Below are positions 8,332-17,789 of a stretch of 64,000 nt of DNA, piece after piece. Made by a program: the position numbers and the translations under genes. Where the stretch lies: the NCBI GenBank assembly GCA_001314545.1, contig LIHN01000001.1, forward strand, positions 276,180 through 340,179. Direction: 5' to 3'. Numbering within the stretch: the stretch's first letter is position 1; every line of letters begins with the position of its first letter. The stretch is from Bacteroidetes bacterium HLUCCA01 (GTDB lineage Bacteria > Bacteroidota > Rhodothermia > Balneolales > HLUCCA01). The notes beneath the pieces are model-generated. The model searched no databases and had not been told where the DNA came from. It saw nothing but the letters and a program-made list of their open reading frames with translations.

Positions 8332-10614
8332 TTACTTCAAAAGGCTCATCGTTCGGGTGAATTCAAGCCCGTCTACGTTTAATCGGTACAGGTAGTGTCC
8401 CGTTGGAAGGTTGCCGGCTTCAAACCGGTATTGATGTGCACCCGGTGAAAGCCGTTGATCCACCAGTACAGCAACCCTCCTGCCCAGAATGTCATATACA
8501 GACAGCCGCACCCGGGCAGCTTCAGGAAGTTCAAAACGAATGGTGGTCGACGGGTTAAATGGATTGGGATAGTTCTGCTCCAGCACAATTCGCTGCGGCA
8601 AAACTTCCGGATGCCCTTCATCTATAGAAACCGTTTGATTAAAAACAGCCGTGAGTGTAATGTCTTCCTCCCCCGGAGTAATCTGCATCGTCTGCATTGA
8701 ATCAGGATACTCAGCCCAATAATCAAACACCCATCCCGATTGCGGATGAGCAGTGACGGTAACCGGATTATCTGTAAAATATGATCCGGACCACCTCGAC
8801 GGATTGCCAATATTCCGAATACCCGGCGTGCGCTCACTCACCATGATGCTGTTTATCTGAACACTTCCCCGTAATGTGTCATTTACGCCCACATGAAAGC
8901 GTGTAAATCCCGGGAAACCCAGGTGGATGCGCATATGTTCATTTAGCGTATCGGGGCGTTCTGAAGCGAATCGGCGCATAAAATCTACGGCAATTTTCCA
9001 ATCATCTGTGGTCTGAGGTATATCCCATCGGTCAGGATAATACCCCATTCTGTCAAGATGTTCCTGTATATGCGGCTCAATTACCGAGGCCATTTCATTA
9101 ATGATTTCAATAACACGATCAGCTTGATACGCTGTATTCATCAAATCCATATGGGTGTTGGCAAACTGTCTTTTGAACTCAGGAAAGGTCAACAATCTTC
9201 TGAGCAGACGGGTCGACCAGTGGTCAGGTCGTGTTACACGCTGAATGGTGTTGCTGTATACATCCGATGTGTAGGTTGACTCACGATGTGTATCTGTCCA
9301 CCCGAATGTCATATCGGTATCAAACATCATCCACCTCCACCGACCATCAAGGGGAGCAGGTGCATCCGGATTACTGCCGTCCGGCGAACGATACCTCCAG
9401 AAATCGATATTATTATGGGGCCAGTCGCGATTATTGGCGTAAATATTGGCAAGCATATACGCTGTGAAGTTCTGCATATCCATGCGCTCACTGGCTGCAG
9501 CATACCGACGATTCGCTGATACGTACACGGCATCAAGTTCACTGAGCATGTTCTGATAGTGCGTGTTACTGCCCTCAATAGCCACGCCCGTACCGCTCAG
9601 ATAGTCAATCTGATTTTCCCCCAGGTTGTACTTAATCTCAAAGTAGTCATTGTCATAACGTTCACGGATGTTGTGAATACCCCAGAATTCTCCGTTGATG
9701 AACAGTATTGCAGGTCGGTAAGCCATGGTTTCAAAACCCAGATGTTCTGATATACGGTGCATGAGGGCATCCCGGAACATGGTTTTGTTCACATCCTGCC
9801 CGGAAGGACGCAGAATGAGGCGGTTGAAATTATCAAGAGATTGTTCCGGAAAAACTTGATAGCGAAATCGGGAAACGCCATAATCACTGCGGGAGTATAA
9901 CCTCAGGGATTTCAGGCGCATGGCTCTGGACAGACCACCGTGGATGCGAATTCCGATATTTTGTGCCAGAACGCGTCGACCGTCGGTTTCAAACATTTCA
10001 ACGTGTGCAGGTTTCTCTGTCTCGATTCCTCTTCTGAAATAATTAGCGGGCACTCCTCCCCGGTAGGTCATATCCAGCAAGCGGTTACTACCGGTATTCT
10101 GCCAGTTTTCATAATCAACGCCGGTAACGTATATACCATCCTGATGGGAGAATAAGTTCGTGGAGTCGGTTGCTATGGAGATAACCGGAAGCTGGTATCG
10201 CTCGTTTCCATCGGGGTGAATCAAATAGGTGGCACTTACGGATCGACTCCAGACACCGTCTTTATATGCTCTTGCCCTTATAACCGTGGCCATTTGAACA
10301 TTACCTTTCGGTGGTGCGTAGGTCATGTATCCGTGTGAAACCCGGTCAATGGTCAGAAGGTTTGGCGGATCTCCATCCCGGGTTTCGGCTAAAATGGGAG
10401 CGCTGTACCTGAAGGAAGCAGAGTCCGGTTCCGAGCCGTCCAGTGTGTAATATACAACAGCTCCGTCCACCGCTATGAGCTGTACTTCCTGATTCTGCGT
10501 GTACATACCTGCCTGCGGAATGAAAAACGGCGGCGTGATCGACTGGGCTTGTAAAAGGGTGACGGCAAGCAGCAATATAAAGCTGGCCGGAAGTAAGGCT
10601 TTGAAGAATTTCAT
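8332..10614 (-). CDS. Secreted CotH kinase-family protein with T9SS C-terminal sorting domain
   Basis: Signal peptide MKFFKALLPASFILLLAVTLLQAQS. An N-terminal chitobiase/Fn3-associated-like segment (VYYTLDGSEPDSASFRYSAPI). CotH-like core (LILRPSGQD, NRDWPHNNIDFWR). C-terminus NYPNPFNPSTTIRFELPEAARVRLSVYDILGRRV...YLYRL is a type A T9SS sorting domain. Confidence 0.75.
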   Translation of the reverse strand: MKFFKALLPASFILLLAVTLLQAQSITPPFFIPQAGMYTQNQEVQLIAVDGAVVYYTLDGSEPDSASFRYSAPILAETRDGDPPNLLTIDRVSHGYMTYAPPKGNVQMATVIRARAYKDGVWSRSVSATYLIHPDGNERYQLPVISIATDSTNLFSHQDGIYVTGVDYENWQNTGSNRLLDMTYRGGVPANYFRRGIETEKPAHVEMFETDGRRVLAQNIGIRIHGGLSRAMRLKSLRLYSRSDYGVSRFRYQVFPEQSLDNFNRLILRPSGQDVNKTMFRDALMHRISEHLGFETMAYRPAILFINGEFWGIHNIRERYDNDYFEIKYNLGENQIDYLSGTGVAIEGSNTHYQNMLSELDAVYVSANRRYAAASERMDMQNFTAYMLANIYANNRDWPHNNIDFWRYRSPDGSNPDAPAPLDGRWRWMMFDTDMTFGWTDTHRESTYTSDVYSNTIQRVTRPDHWSTRLLRRLLTFPEFKRQFANTHMDLMNTAYQADRVIEIINEMASVIEPHIQEHLDRMGYYPDRWDIPQTTDDWKIAVDFMRRFASERPDTLNEHMRIHLGFPGFTRFHVGVNDTLRGSVQINSIMVSERTPGIRNIGNPSRWSGSYFTDNPVTVTAHPQSGWVFDYWAEYPDSMQTMQITPGEEDITLTAVFNQTVSIDEGHPEVLPQRIVLEQNYPNPFNPSTTIRFELPEAARVRLSVYDILGRRVAVLVDQRLSPGAHQYRFEAGNLPTGHYLYRLNVDGLEFTRTMSLLK

Positions 10615-10634
10615 ATCATGGATGCACGGACATC

Positions 10635-11384
10635 CTACATGAAATAATCCATGAGCTTGTCCGGAGAAGAGTTACCAGAAAATAGTCTGAGATGATAATA
10701 CTGTAATAAGGTAAGCGCTGCCGTCTCCGTTCGCAACCGGTTACGACTGATTAAAAGCGATTTCCCGCCCACTTTTACAACATTTTCGACTTCCTCCGGC
10801 GTAAACCCACCCTCCGGTCCCACAAGAAGAAGCGTCGGTTTAGCGGTCTGGTCAACGGACAGGTCGATGGATTCTGTCGCTTTTTCATGCGCCATTATAA
10901 TCTGCTGATTCCCCGCAGCAGCACCGTCCATAATCGCATGAAATCCAGCCAGCTCAACAGCTGGTTTCCACATCTGCAGCGACTGCTTCATCGCGGCAGT
11001 AACCACTCCCTCCATCCGGTCCAGACGGACCTTGCCGCGTTCTGAACGAGACGTATGCATCCAGATCAGCTTGCCAATACCCACCTCTGTTGCTTTTTCA
11101 GCCAGCCATTCCATACGGTCGCGGTTTTTTAGCAGTCCGACAGCCAGGCTAAGATTATGGTATGCAGGTTGCGGTGTCTTCAGAACCTTCTGCAATGCAA
11201 TAGTGACCCTTTTTTTGGTCGCAACTACAATGGAACCCTTTCCAAGCAGTCCTTTCCCGTTGGTGAGGGTAATTGCCTCACCAACACCGAGGCGAAGTAC
11301 GTTGGCAACGTGATGCACTTCGTTTTCTGCAAGTTCACATTGGGTGCTGTCTTCCAGCAGCTCCTCAGTATAAAATAACTGCAT
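10635..11384 (-). CDS. rsmE: 16S rRNA (uracil1498-N3)-methyltransferase
   Basis: MQLFYTEEL...HHVANVLRLGVGEAITLTNGKG, ...LLVGPEGGFTPEEV, RLRTETAAL: RsmE signature blocks. Confidence 0.9.
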   Translation of the reverse strand: MQLFYTEELLEDSTQCELAENEVHHVANVLRLGVGEAITLTNGKGLLGKGSIVVATKKRVTIALQKVLKTPQPAYHNLSLAVGLLKNRDRMEWLAEKATEVGIGKLIWMHTSRSERGKVRLDRMEGVVTAAMKQSLQMWKPAVELAGFHAIMDGAAAGNQQIIMAHEKATESIDLSVDQTAKPTLLLVGPEGGFTPEEVENVVKVGGKSLLISRNRLRTETAALTLLQYYHLRLFSGNSSPDKLMDYFM

Positions 11385-11387
11385 GAA

Positions 11388-11609
11388 TCAGCTTGCAGTA
11401 TTACTGTTCAGATCGTCTGGCGATAAAACGGTCTTCCCGGTGCAAAGCATAACGCGAACATAAGGATGGCAAAGACCACAGTTTCCTCCACACCACCCTC
11501 GTTTCATCATCTCTTCGAGCGTAGTGACTTCATGCTGGATTGCCAGCTCACGAAGCTCCTCAAATGACCTTTTATGACAAATACAACGGCTGACCTGATA
11601 GGCGCTCAT
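11388..11609 (-). CDS. BFD-like [2Fe-2S]-binding small protein
   Basis: 73 aa with a C-x-C ... C-x2-C pattern (RCICH ... CGGNCGLCHPYV), typical of the bacterioferritin-associated ferredoxin-like domain. Confidence 0.7.
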   Translation of the reverse strand: MSAYQVSRCICHKRSFEELRELAIQHEVTTLEEMMKRGWCGGNCGLCHPYVRVMLCTGKTVLSPDDLNSNTAS

Positions 11610-11611
11610 AC

Positions 11612-12799
11612 TTATCCCCCCTTAAAGTGCTTGCTTAACTTAAGATTTTGTCCCTGGTAGTTACTTTTAATATCTCTTCCGTAAATAAGCTCCGGCATTT
11701 CAGTATTCGGCTCAAAAACCATGCGGAAAAAAGTCTGTCCGTCTTCTATGAGAAAAGGCACGTCATGGGAACGTACCTCGAGTACGGCCCTGGCTCCGCC
11801 CCGGGCCACATCCCCGCCAAATCCACTGTCAAAGAAACCAGCATAGTGTGTTCTCAATTCCCCTGATCCGGTATCATAGGGTACCATTTCAGCGGCAAGA
11901 TGGACCGGTATCCGGCATCGTTCGCGCGACGCAAAGATATAGAATGCTTCCGGCTCCAGAATCAGGTAATCCTCTGACTGGGCATAAATCGGATCCCAAA
12001 ACTCCGGAACACGGTAAAAATCAATGCGATCCAGGTCGATGAGGTCTCTGTTTTTCTTTGCCTTATAGCCAACAATCTCACCTTTCTCGCCATGAAGACT
12101 CACACTCATAAACAGACCGTTGCCTACCTTAAGCTTGTCTACAGGTATTGGTTTTTCGTCCTGGCCGAATAAAATAGGGTCACTGGCATGTGTTCGGAGA
12201 ATGTCTTCATCACTCAGCACTGAATATCCATGGCGTATTCGCAGCTGGTTGAGTGTCTGACCGGTTCGAATACGAACAGGGAAAGACTTCGGTACAACTT
12301 CGAGGTAGAGTTTTCCGGAATATCCGGGGGTTATTTCTTCAAAACGGTGCGAAAAATCGGTAATTACACGGGTAAAGATATCCAGCCTGCCGGTAGAACT
12401 TTTGGGATTGGTTCTGGCTGAAAGCTTATCGTCCATATAGATTTCCGGGTATCCGTCTTGATTCAGTGACGGTCCTGATGGCAAATGCAGCTCTTCAAGC
12501 AATGGAATGATATACGTACAATTTGGCTCCAGAACAGCGCCGTCTTCGATGGAAAATGAGTGTTGTGTTAATTTTCCAAGCTTGGAAGCAACGGTTTCAT
12601 TTTCGGGAAGGAAGCTGCATCGCACCCGGTGGGCAATTTTACCCAGACGGAGATCCAGGGAATTGGGCTGAAACTGTCCGGGTTCCAGAGGGTAGTCATC
12701 CGGTGTCCGGATTACATTGAACTCCTTGAGCAGACGCAGTTTCTGTACCGGCAAAACGCCCTTGGTTCTCAGATAAAATGGGGTGACGGAGCTGGACAT
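11612..12799 (-). CDS. Long-form 2'-deoxycytidine 5'-triphosphate deaminase (DCD family, ~390 aa)
   Basis: The N-terminus GVLPVQKLRLL...IRTPDDYPLEPGQFQPNSLDLRLG and a duplicated dUTPase-like fold length match the long dCTP deaminase family. The assignment comes from family memory, not a search. Confidence 0.7.
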   Translation of the reverse strand: MSSSVTPFYLRTKGVLPVQKLRLLKEFNVIRTPDDYPLEPGQFQPNSLDLRLGKIAHRVRCSFLPENETVASKLGKLTQHSFSIEDGAVLEPNCTYIIPLLEELHLPSGPSLNQDGYPEIYMDDKLSARTNPKSSTGRLDIFTRVITDFSHRFEEITPGYSGKLYLEVVPKSFPVRIRTGQTLNQLRIRHGYSVLSDEDILRTHASDPILFGQDEKPIPVDKLKVGNGLFMSVSLHGEKGEIVGYKAKKNRDLIDLDRIDFYRVPEFWDPIYAQSEDYLILEPEAFYIFASRERCRIPVHLAAEMVPYDTGSGELRTHYAGFFDSGFGGDVARGGARAVLEVRSHDVPFLIEDGQTFFRMVFEPNTEMPELIYGRDIKSNYQGQNLKLSKHFKGG

Positions 12800-12808
12800 C
12801 TCGCTGAC

Positions 12809-13300
12809 TCAGGGTTTTATAATATCGACGGCGCCGGCCAGTTCATGGATAACCTCCCATTCTCTGGCCGTGAGGGGCTGAATGGACAAGCGTGAGCCCT
12901 TTTTCAGGAGCATCAGGTCTTCAAGTCCTTGAACGTCATACAAGTCTTCGCGCAGCACAGGCGGATCAAACTTCTGAACAAATGTCACGTCAACGAGCAT
13001 CCATCGCGGATTTTCTTCAGTACTTTTCGGATCGAAGTACTTTGAGTCGGGTTTGAACTGCAGATAATCCGGATAAGGCTCGCTGCTCACGTACATGGAT
13101 CCGACAATGGCCAGCGGTTTGGCATTGGAATGATAAAAAAGCACACCATCACCAACTTTCATTTCGTCGCGCATGAAATTGCGGGCCTGATAGTTCCGGA
13201 TACCGGTCCAACGTGTGGTTTGATTTTCGGATTGGATCAAATCGTCGATGCTGAACTCATCGGGTTCTGACTTCATCAGCCAAAATCTGCGATTGGACAT
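12809..13300 (-). CDS. EVE (PUA-like) domain protein
   Basis: FWLMKSEPDEFSIDDL...WTGIRNYQARNFMRDEMKVGDGVLFYHSN...PRWMLVDV is the canonical stand-alone EVE domain pattern. Confidence 0.85.
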   Translation of the reverse strand: MSNRRFWLMKSEPDEFSIDDLIQSENQTTRWTGIRNYQARNFMRDEMKVGDGVLFYHSNAKPLAIVGSMYVSSEPYPDYLQFKPDSKYFDPKSTEENPRWMLVDVTFVQKFDPPVLREDLYDVQGLEDLMLLKKGSRLSIQPLTAREWEVIHELAGAVDIIKP

Positions 13301-13440
13301 AGTAATGATTCTTTCGGATGGTACATGATGGATACGGCCTGCGCTGACCCAGCTGCCAGCTTACCAAATGTAACAAATTCTGTCCACTTAATTGGCTAGT
13401 TTAAACCTGAAAACACAAACCTGTATTTGACCCCTGAATA

Positions 13441-15096
13441 ATGAGTATATATCGCGTCCTGCCCGGATTACTACTGCTGATTCTGCTGAGCTGCACCGCT
13501 GCTGAGCAAAGACCATCGGAATTAAAACCCGGTGAACGCACTACCCTGCAGATACTGTCTACTACTGATCTTCACGGATGGGTATTGCCGTTCAATTACG
13601 CCACCGATCAGGTTGACGAGCGGTACGGTCTCGCTAAAGTTGCCACCCTCATCGATTCGGTACGCCAGACAACGCCCAACCTGTTACTGCTGGATGCGGG
13701 CGACTTCCTGCAGGGTAATCAGCTCGCCGAGTACTATGCCCGCGAGGATGCATCCAGTCCGAATCATCCCCTGCTTGCCGCAATGGAGCTGCTCGAATTT
13801 GACGCAACTGTTGTCGGCAATCACGAGTTCAATTTCGGAGTGCCCTATCTTGACAGACGTATAGCACAACATTCTATACCCGTTCTGGGTGGTAACGTTT
13901 ACCGCAACGGAACCGATGAACCCTACTTTAAACCTTTTCTCATCCGTAATATAGGCGGCGTCAACGTAGGGGTTGTGGGTCTGACTACACCGGGGTCGGC
14001 CGTCTGGGACCGACCGCGCGTTGAAGGTATACTTCGGTTCGGGGATGGAACAGAAGCCGCCGGACGTTTTGTGCAGGAAGCGCGTGCTGCCGGAGCCGAC
14101 ATCGTTGTTCTGCTGGTTCACGCTGCCATTGAATCCGGCTCATCCTACGATATCGAATCGGTGGCTATGGAGAACTTCGGCCGGCAGGCAGTTGAAACAG
14201 TTCCGGGTATTGACGCGCTGATAACCGCGCATTCCCACCGGGTTGTTGAAAGGCTTAGCATAACCGCTCCGGATGGTCGGGAGATACCGGTAATTCAAGC
14301 AGGTCGATGGGGGTCTCACCTGGGCATCATTGAACTGGAGCTGGAAAAAATGACGGACGGTTCGGTACAGACCGTTGCCCATCAAAGCAGGGCAATTGCA
14401 GTAACTCACGCAGCCTCTCACCCGGATGTGACGGCGCTGATGGCCGCCTCCCACGAAAAGGTTCGGGGCTATGTGAATCAACCGGTTGCAACTACCCCGC
14501 AGGTCTGGGATGCCTCAGAAGCACGCATAAAAGACACCCCCATCGTTGACCTCATTCACTATGTGCAGCTCGAAATAACCGGCGCCCAGCTATCGGCCGC
14601 ATCGGCCTTCAACCTTAATGCCCGACTCGGACCGGGTGAAATAACCCGACGCGACCTGGCATTGATTTATCCCTACGAAAACATGCTGTACACCGTTGAG
14701 CTCACAGGGGGCCAGATTCGTTCATATCTTGAACATACTTCGCGCTACTTTACCGGTACATCCGGCGGGCAGCCTGAAATCAACCCGCAGTGGCCCGGTT
14801 TCAATTTCGACACCATAGCTGGTCTGACCTACACGATGGATATCCGACAACCGGTGGGTGAACGTATCACAGATTTACGCTTTCAGGGAAGTCCGGTTCG
14901 TGATGATCAGACCTTTACCGTAGCCATGAACTCCTACCGTGCAGAGGGCGGCGGTGGGTTTAATATGCTGCATGATGTTCCGGTGCGATGGAAGTCTGAA
15001 ATACCCGTACGATCGTACCTTGAGACCTGGCTCCGCGACAAAGAGATCGTACAGCATGAAGACGTATTTGCCACTAACTGGCAATTACGCTATTGA
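13441..15096 (+). CDS. Bifunctional metallophosphatase / 5'-nucleotidase lipoprotein (UshA/CpdB-like)
   Basis: Lipobox LLSC, metallophosphoesterase motifs TTDLHG, DAGDFLQGN, GNHEFNFG, and a C-terminal 5'-nucleotidase domain (YPYENML, NSYRAEGGGGF). Confidence 0.85.
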   Translation: MSIYRVLPGLLLLILLSCTAAEQRPSELKPGERTTLQILSTTDLHGWVLPFNYATDQVDERYGLAKVATLIDSVRQTTPNLLLLDAGDFLQGNQLAEYYAREDASSPNHPLLAAMELLEFDATVVGNHEFNFGVPYLDRRIAQHSIPVLGGNVYRNGTDEPYFKPFLIRNIGGVNVGVVGLTTPGSAVWDRPRVEGILRFGDGTEAAGRFVQEARAAGADIVVLLVHAAIESGSSYDIESVAMENFGRQAVETVPGIDALITAHSHRVVERLSITAPDGREIPVIQAGRWGSHLGIIELELEKMTDGSVQTVAHQSRAIAVTHAASHPDVTALMAASHEKVRGYVNQPVATTPQVWDASEARIKDTPIVDLIHYVQLEITGAQLSAASAFNLNARLGPGEITRRDLALIYPYENMLYTVELTGGQIRSYLEHTSRYFTGTSGGQPEINPQWPGFNFDTIAGLTYTMDIRQPVGERITDLRFQGSPVRDDQTFTVAMNSYRAEGGGGFNMLHDVPVRWKSEIPVRSYLETWLRDKEIVQHEDVFATNWQLRY

Positions 15097-15142
15097 TAAT
15101 ATCCCACCCGGCTGGCCATGTTCATGCCCGACCATATAACAG

Positions 15143-15180
15143 AAAAAAGGCCTTCATTTTTGTTGTGAAGGCCTTTAAAA
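15143..15180. terminator. Intrinsic terminator between convergent genes (best oriented for the minus-strand M1 peptidase gene)
   Basis: AAGGCCTTCA / TGAAGGCCTT 10-bp stem with a 9-nt loop, flanked by an A6 run on the left (a U-tract for the minus-sense RNA) and TTT then A-run on the right. Confidence 0.75.
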
Positions 15181-15201
15181 AAATGAGGTTTAAAAAACAG
15201 G

Positions 15202-17154
15202 CTACTTTTCCCAGACATTGTTGGATCGCTCAGCATCCGGAAAATGTCGATTGGCATCAATTTCCACTCGGACTACCCCGTTGTAAGGAACTTCCAGCTG
15301 AAGCTGTCTGCTTCCGGCCAGCCAGGCGTCTACACTTTCGTGGATGAATTCCACCTCCTCACCGTTTTCCAGCGTCAGCAGAAGGTGCACCGGCATTGGC
15401 GCGTCCCCGTTATCCAGCACCGTAATCAGCGTATGATCGTCAGCGGGTGTAACCGTGCCTACGGCCTGATCCATCAACCAGGTTTCGTAATACCAGGCAC
15501 GCCAGAACCAGGTCAGGTCGCGACCCGACTCAGCTTCAATGAATGCAAACCAGTCCCATGGACTCATTTTTTTGAAGGCCCATACCTGAAATAAGTCCCT
15601 GTGAATCTGATAAAAGGTCTCTTCGCCCAGCACCCCGCGCAATGCGGCTAAAATGGTGGCGGGTTTCTGATACGATGCAATCCGAAATGCCATTCCGGTG
15701 TTATGATAATCAGACCAACGCATCATTTCACCTTCCTGGCCGCTTCGTGCAAAACGAAGATACGATTGTCGGGTCAGTTCGTAGTGATTCAGATTGGGCA
15801 GGAAGTCCTGTTTGCCGCTGTCCGTCTGAAATACCGTATAGCCCTCGTCAATCCAGCTGTGCCGACGTTCATCGGTGCTGACAATCATGGGTATCCACAT
15901 ATGGGCAATTTCATGCAGGGTTACACTGTACAAGGCAGCAGGACCGCGCGTGTTATAATCGCCGATAACGGTCATCATGGGAAATTCCATACCACCACCA
16001 ATGATATTGCCGGCTTCAACGGCTGTCATGTGTGGCCAGGGATAGGGCAAGCCGGTATACTCCGACAGAAAAGTGATCGAGTGCTGCATATATTCAACAG
16101 ATCTGGACCAATAGGGAGCTTGTTCGCGCCAGAAGGAATGTACCTGAATAAACTCTTCCTGCCCGTCGCCGGAACGGTCTCCAACGGAGGCCCTGCCACT
16201 ATCCCAGAAGGAGGCTCTGGTTGCCGAAAAGGCAATATCCCGGACCATTTCAGCCCGGAAATTCCATGTTAACGTGTCTCCTTCACCGCCACGGGTAGCC
16301 GCGTAGCCGAAGTCATTTTCTGTAACTATCTGTACGGTTTCATCGCTGCCTGCCGCACGGTTGTAGCGATCAAGGATATGCGGTGCCAGCACCTCGGATG
16401 GATTCAGAAATTCACCGGTGCCCATAACCACCCAGTCAGCTGGTGCAGAGATACTGATATCATAATCTCCAAAGCCGTGGTAAAATTCAGCCTGCGAAAG
16501 GAACGGATCCGGATGCCAGCCTATCATGTCGTCATACGCTGCCATCCTTGGATAAAAATATCCTGCGTAAAAAATATCGTCTGAATCGTGACCAACGCGT
16601 CCTCCGGCACCCTGCTGGGGCATTTCCAGGGTGTAGGCAATATCGATGGTTACCTGCTCGCCGGGAGCCAGAACACGTTCGGGAACAATCATAAGCCGGG
16701 TTCCATTAACCGAATAGCGCGAAACGCCCCTTAATGCGGGTTCAATCAAGGATCCGTCAACAGAAACCTCCCCCAGGGTAATTGCATCGGTTACCATAGC
16801 CGGCTCCAGGCGGGTTGCTCCAGCCTTATGCATATTCAGATCAAGATCCAGCTGAAGCGTGAAAAGAGAGTCGGGGGAGTTATTGTGATACCTGATCTGT
16901 ACCGTAGCATCCAGCAGCTGCCGGTCCGGATGGTAAACCGCATCGATGGTATACTCCGTAAACTGCTGCCAGTAGTTTGCACCGGGCCGTCCGTCCGGAG
17001 TTCGGGTTTGGTTTTCCAGTGCATTGAGATAATACAAAGGCTTCTCAATAGGATTGACGAAGGGACGTTCTGTTGGAGGGGTCTGCGCGTTGCCGGGCGG
17101 GCTGAACAGTAAGGCCGTGAGTAAAAAAATGACAGCTGCGATGTAGTTTTTCAT
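15202..17154 (-). CDS. M1 family zinc metallopeptidase (secreted)
   Basis: Signal peptide, plus HEIAHMW ... WIDEGYT (HExxH-x18-E gluzincin motif). Confidence 0.8.
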   Translation of the reverse strand: MKNYIAAVIFLLTALLFSPPGNAQTPPTERPFVNPIEKPLYYLNALENQTRTPDGRPGANYWQQFTEYTIDAVYHPDRQLLDATVQIRYHNNSPDSLFTLQLDLDLNMHKAGATRLEPAMVTDAITLGEVSVDGSLIEPALRGVSRYSVNGTRLMIVPERVLAPGEQVTIDIAYTLEMPQQGAGGRVGHDSDDIFYAGYFYPRMAAYDDMIGWHPDPFLSQAEFYHGFGDYDISISAPADWVVMGTGEFLNPSEVLAPHILDRYNRAAGSDETVQIVTENDFGYAATRGGEGDTLTWNFRAEMVRDIAFSATRASFWDSGRASVGDRSGDGQEEFIQVHSFWREQAPYWSRSVEYMQHSITFLSEYTGLPYPWPHMTAVEAGNIIGGGMEFPMMTVIGDYNTRGPAALYSVTLHEIAHMWIPMIVSTDERRHSWIDEGYTVFQTDSGKQDFLPNLNHYELTRQSYLRFARSGQEGEMMRWSDYHNTGMAFRIASYQKPATILAALRGVLGEETFYQIHRDLFQVWAFKKMSPWDWFAFIEAESGRDLTWFWRAWYYETWLMDQAVGTVTPADDHTLITVLDNGDAPMPVHLLLTLENGEEVEFIHESVDAWLAGSRQLQLEVPYNGVVRVEIDANRHFPDAERSNNVWEK

Positions 17155-17183
17155 AGTTATTCGATTTAGGTAGAAAGTATAGC

Positions 17184-17768
17184 CTATTTCCGGGTGAAGT
17201 ACGCAGGTTCGTTACCCGGTTTCCACTTTATATTGCACCCGATACTGGGAAATTGCTCAACCGGTATGGTCTGGCCATCCAGCAGCTGATCTATTGCACC
17301 GGCAAGATCTTTACCGGTTACCGGAGTGGTACTTCCGGGTCGTGAAGAATCAAATTGCCCGCGGTACACCAGTTTTCGATCTTCATCGAACAGGAAAAAA
17401 TCGGGCGTACATGCCGCGCGATAGGCATGGGCTACATTCTGGCCGGCGTCGTACAGGTAGGGAAACGGATAGCCGAACTGTTCTGCCTCCTCCTTCATTT
17501 TCTCCGGCGAATCATCCGGATAATTATCCACATCGTTAGACATCACGGCAACGATTCGAATGCCTCGTTTCAACCAGTCAGCCGATAATGTGATGAATTG
17601 GTCGCGGATGTGTTTTACGTACGGACAATGATTGCACCAGAATACAACCAGTAATCCTTCTCCGTCGGCAATTTCGTTGAGGTTAACAGGTTCACCCCGC
17701 GTGTCGTTCAGGGTAAAATCCGGTGCGATGGTGCCCAGTTCCAGCATTGTTGAGTTAACAGCAGCCAT
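17184..17768 (-). CDS. Thioredoxin-fold thiol-disulfide oxidoreductase (AhpC/TSA-like)
   Basis: VVFWCNHCPYVKH CxxC motif in a ~190-aa thioredoxin-like protein. Confidence 0.75.
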   Translation of the reverse strand: MAAVNSTMLELGTIAPDFTLNDTRGEPVNLNEIADGEGLLVVFWCNHCPYVKHIRDQFITLSADWLKRGIRIVAVMSNDVDNYPDDSPEKMKEEAEQFGYPFPYLYDAGQNVAHAYRAACTPDFFLFDEDRKLVYRGQFDSSRPGSTTPVTGKDLAGAIDQLLDGQTIPVEQFPSIGCNIKWKPGNEPAYFTRK

Positions 17769-17789
17769 AAATTGTGTTGAGTTTGAGAG

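Noticed and set aside
11612-12799. The dCTP deaminase as an anti-phage nucleotide-depletion defence gene
   Set aside because: Known defensive dCTP deaminases carry extra sensor or kinase-like domains and sit in defence islands. This one is a plain long-form DCD in a housekeeping operon (rsmE, EVE) with no neighbouring defence or mobile genes.
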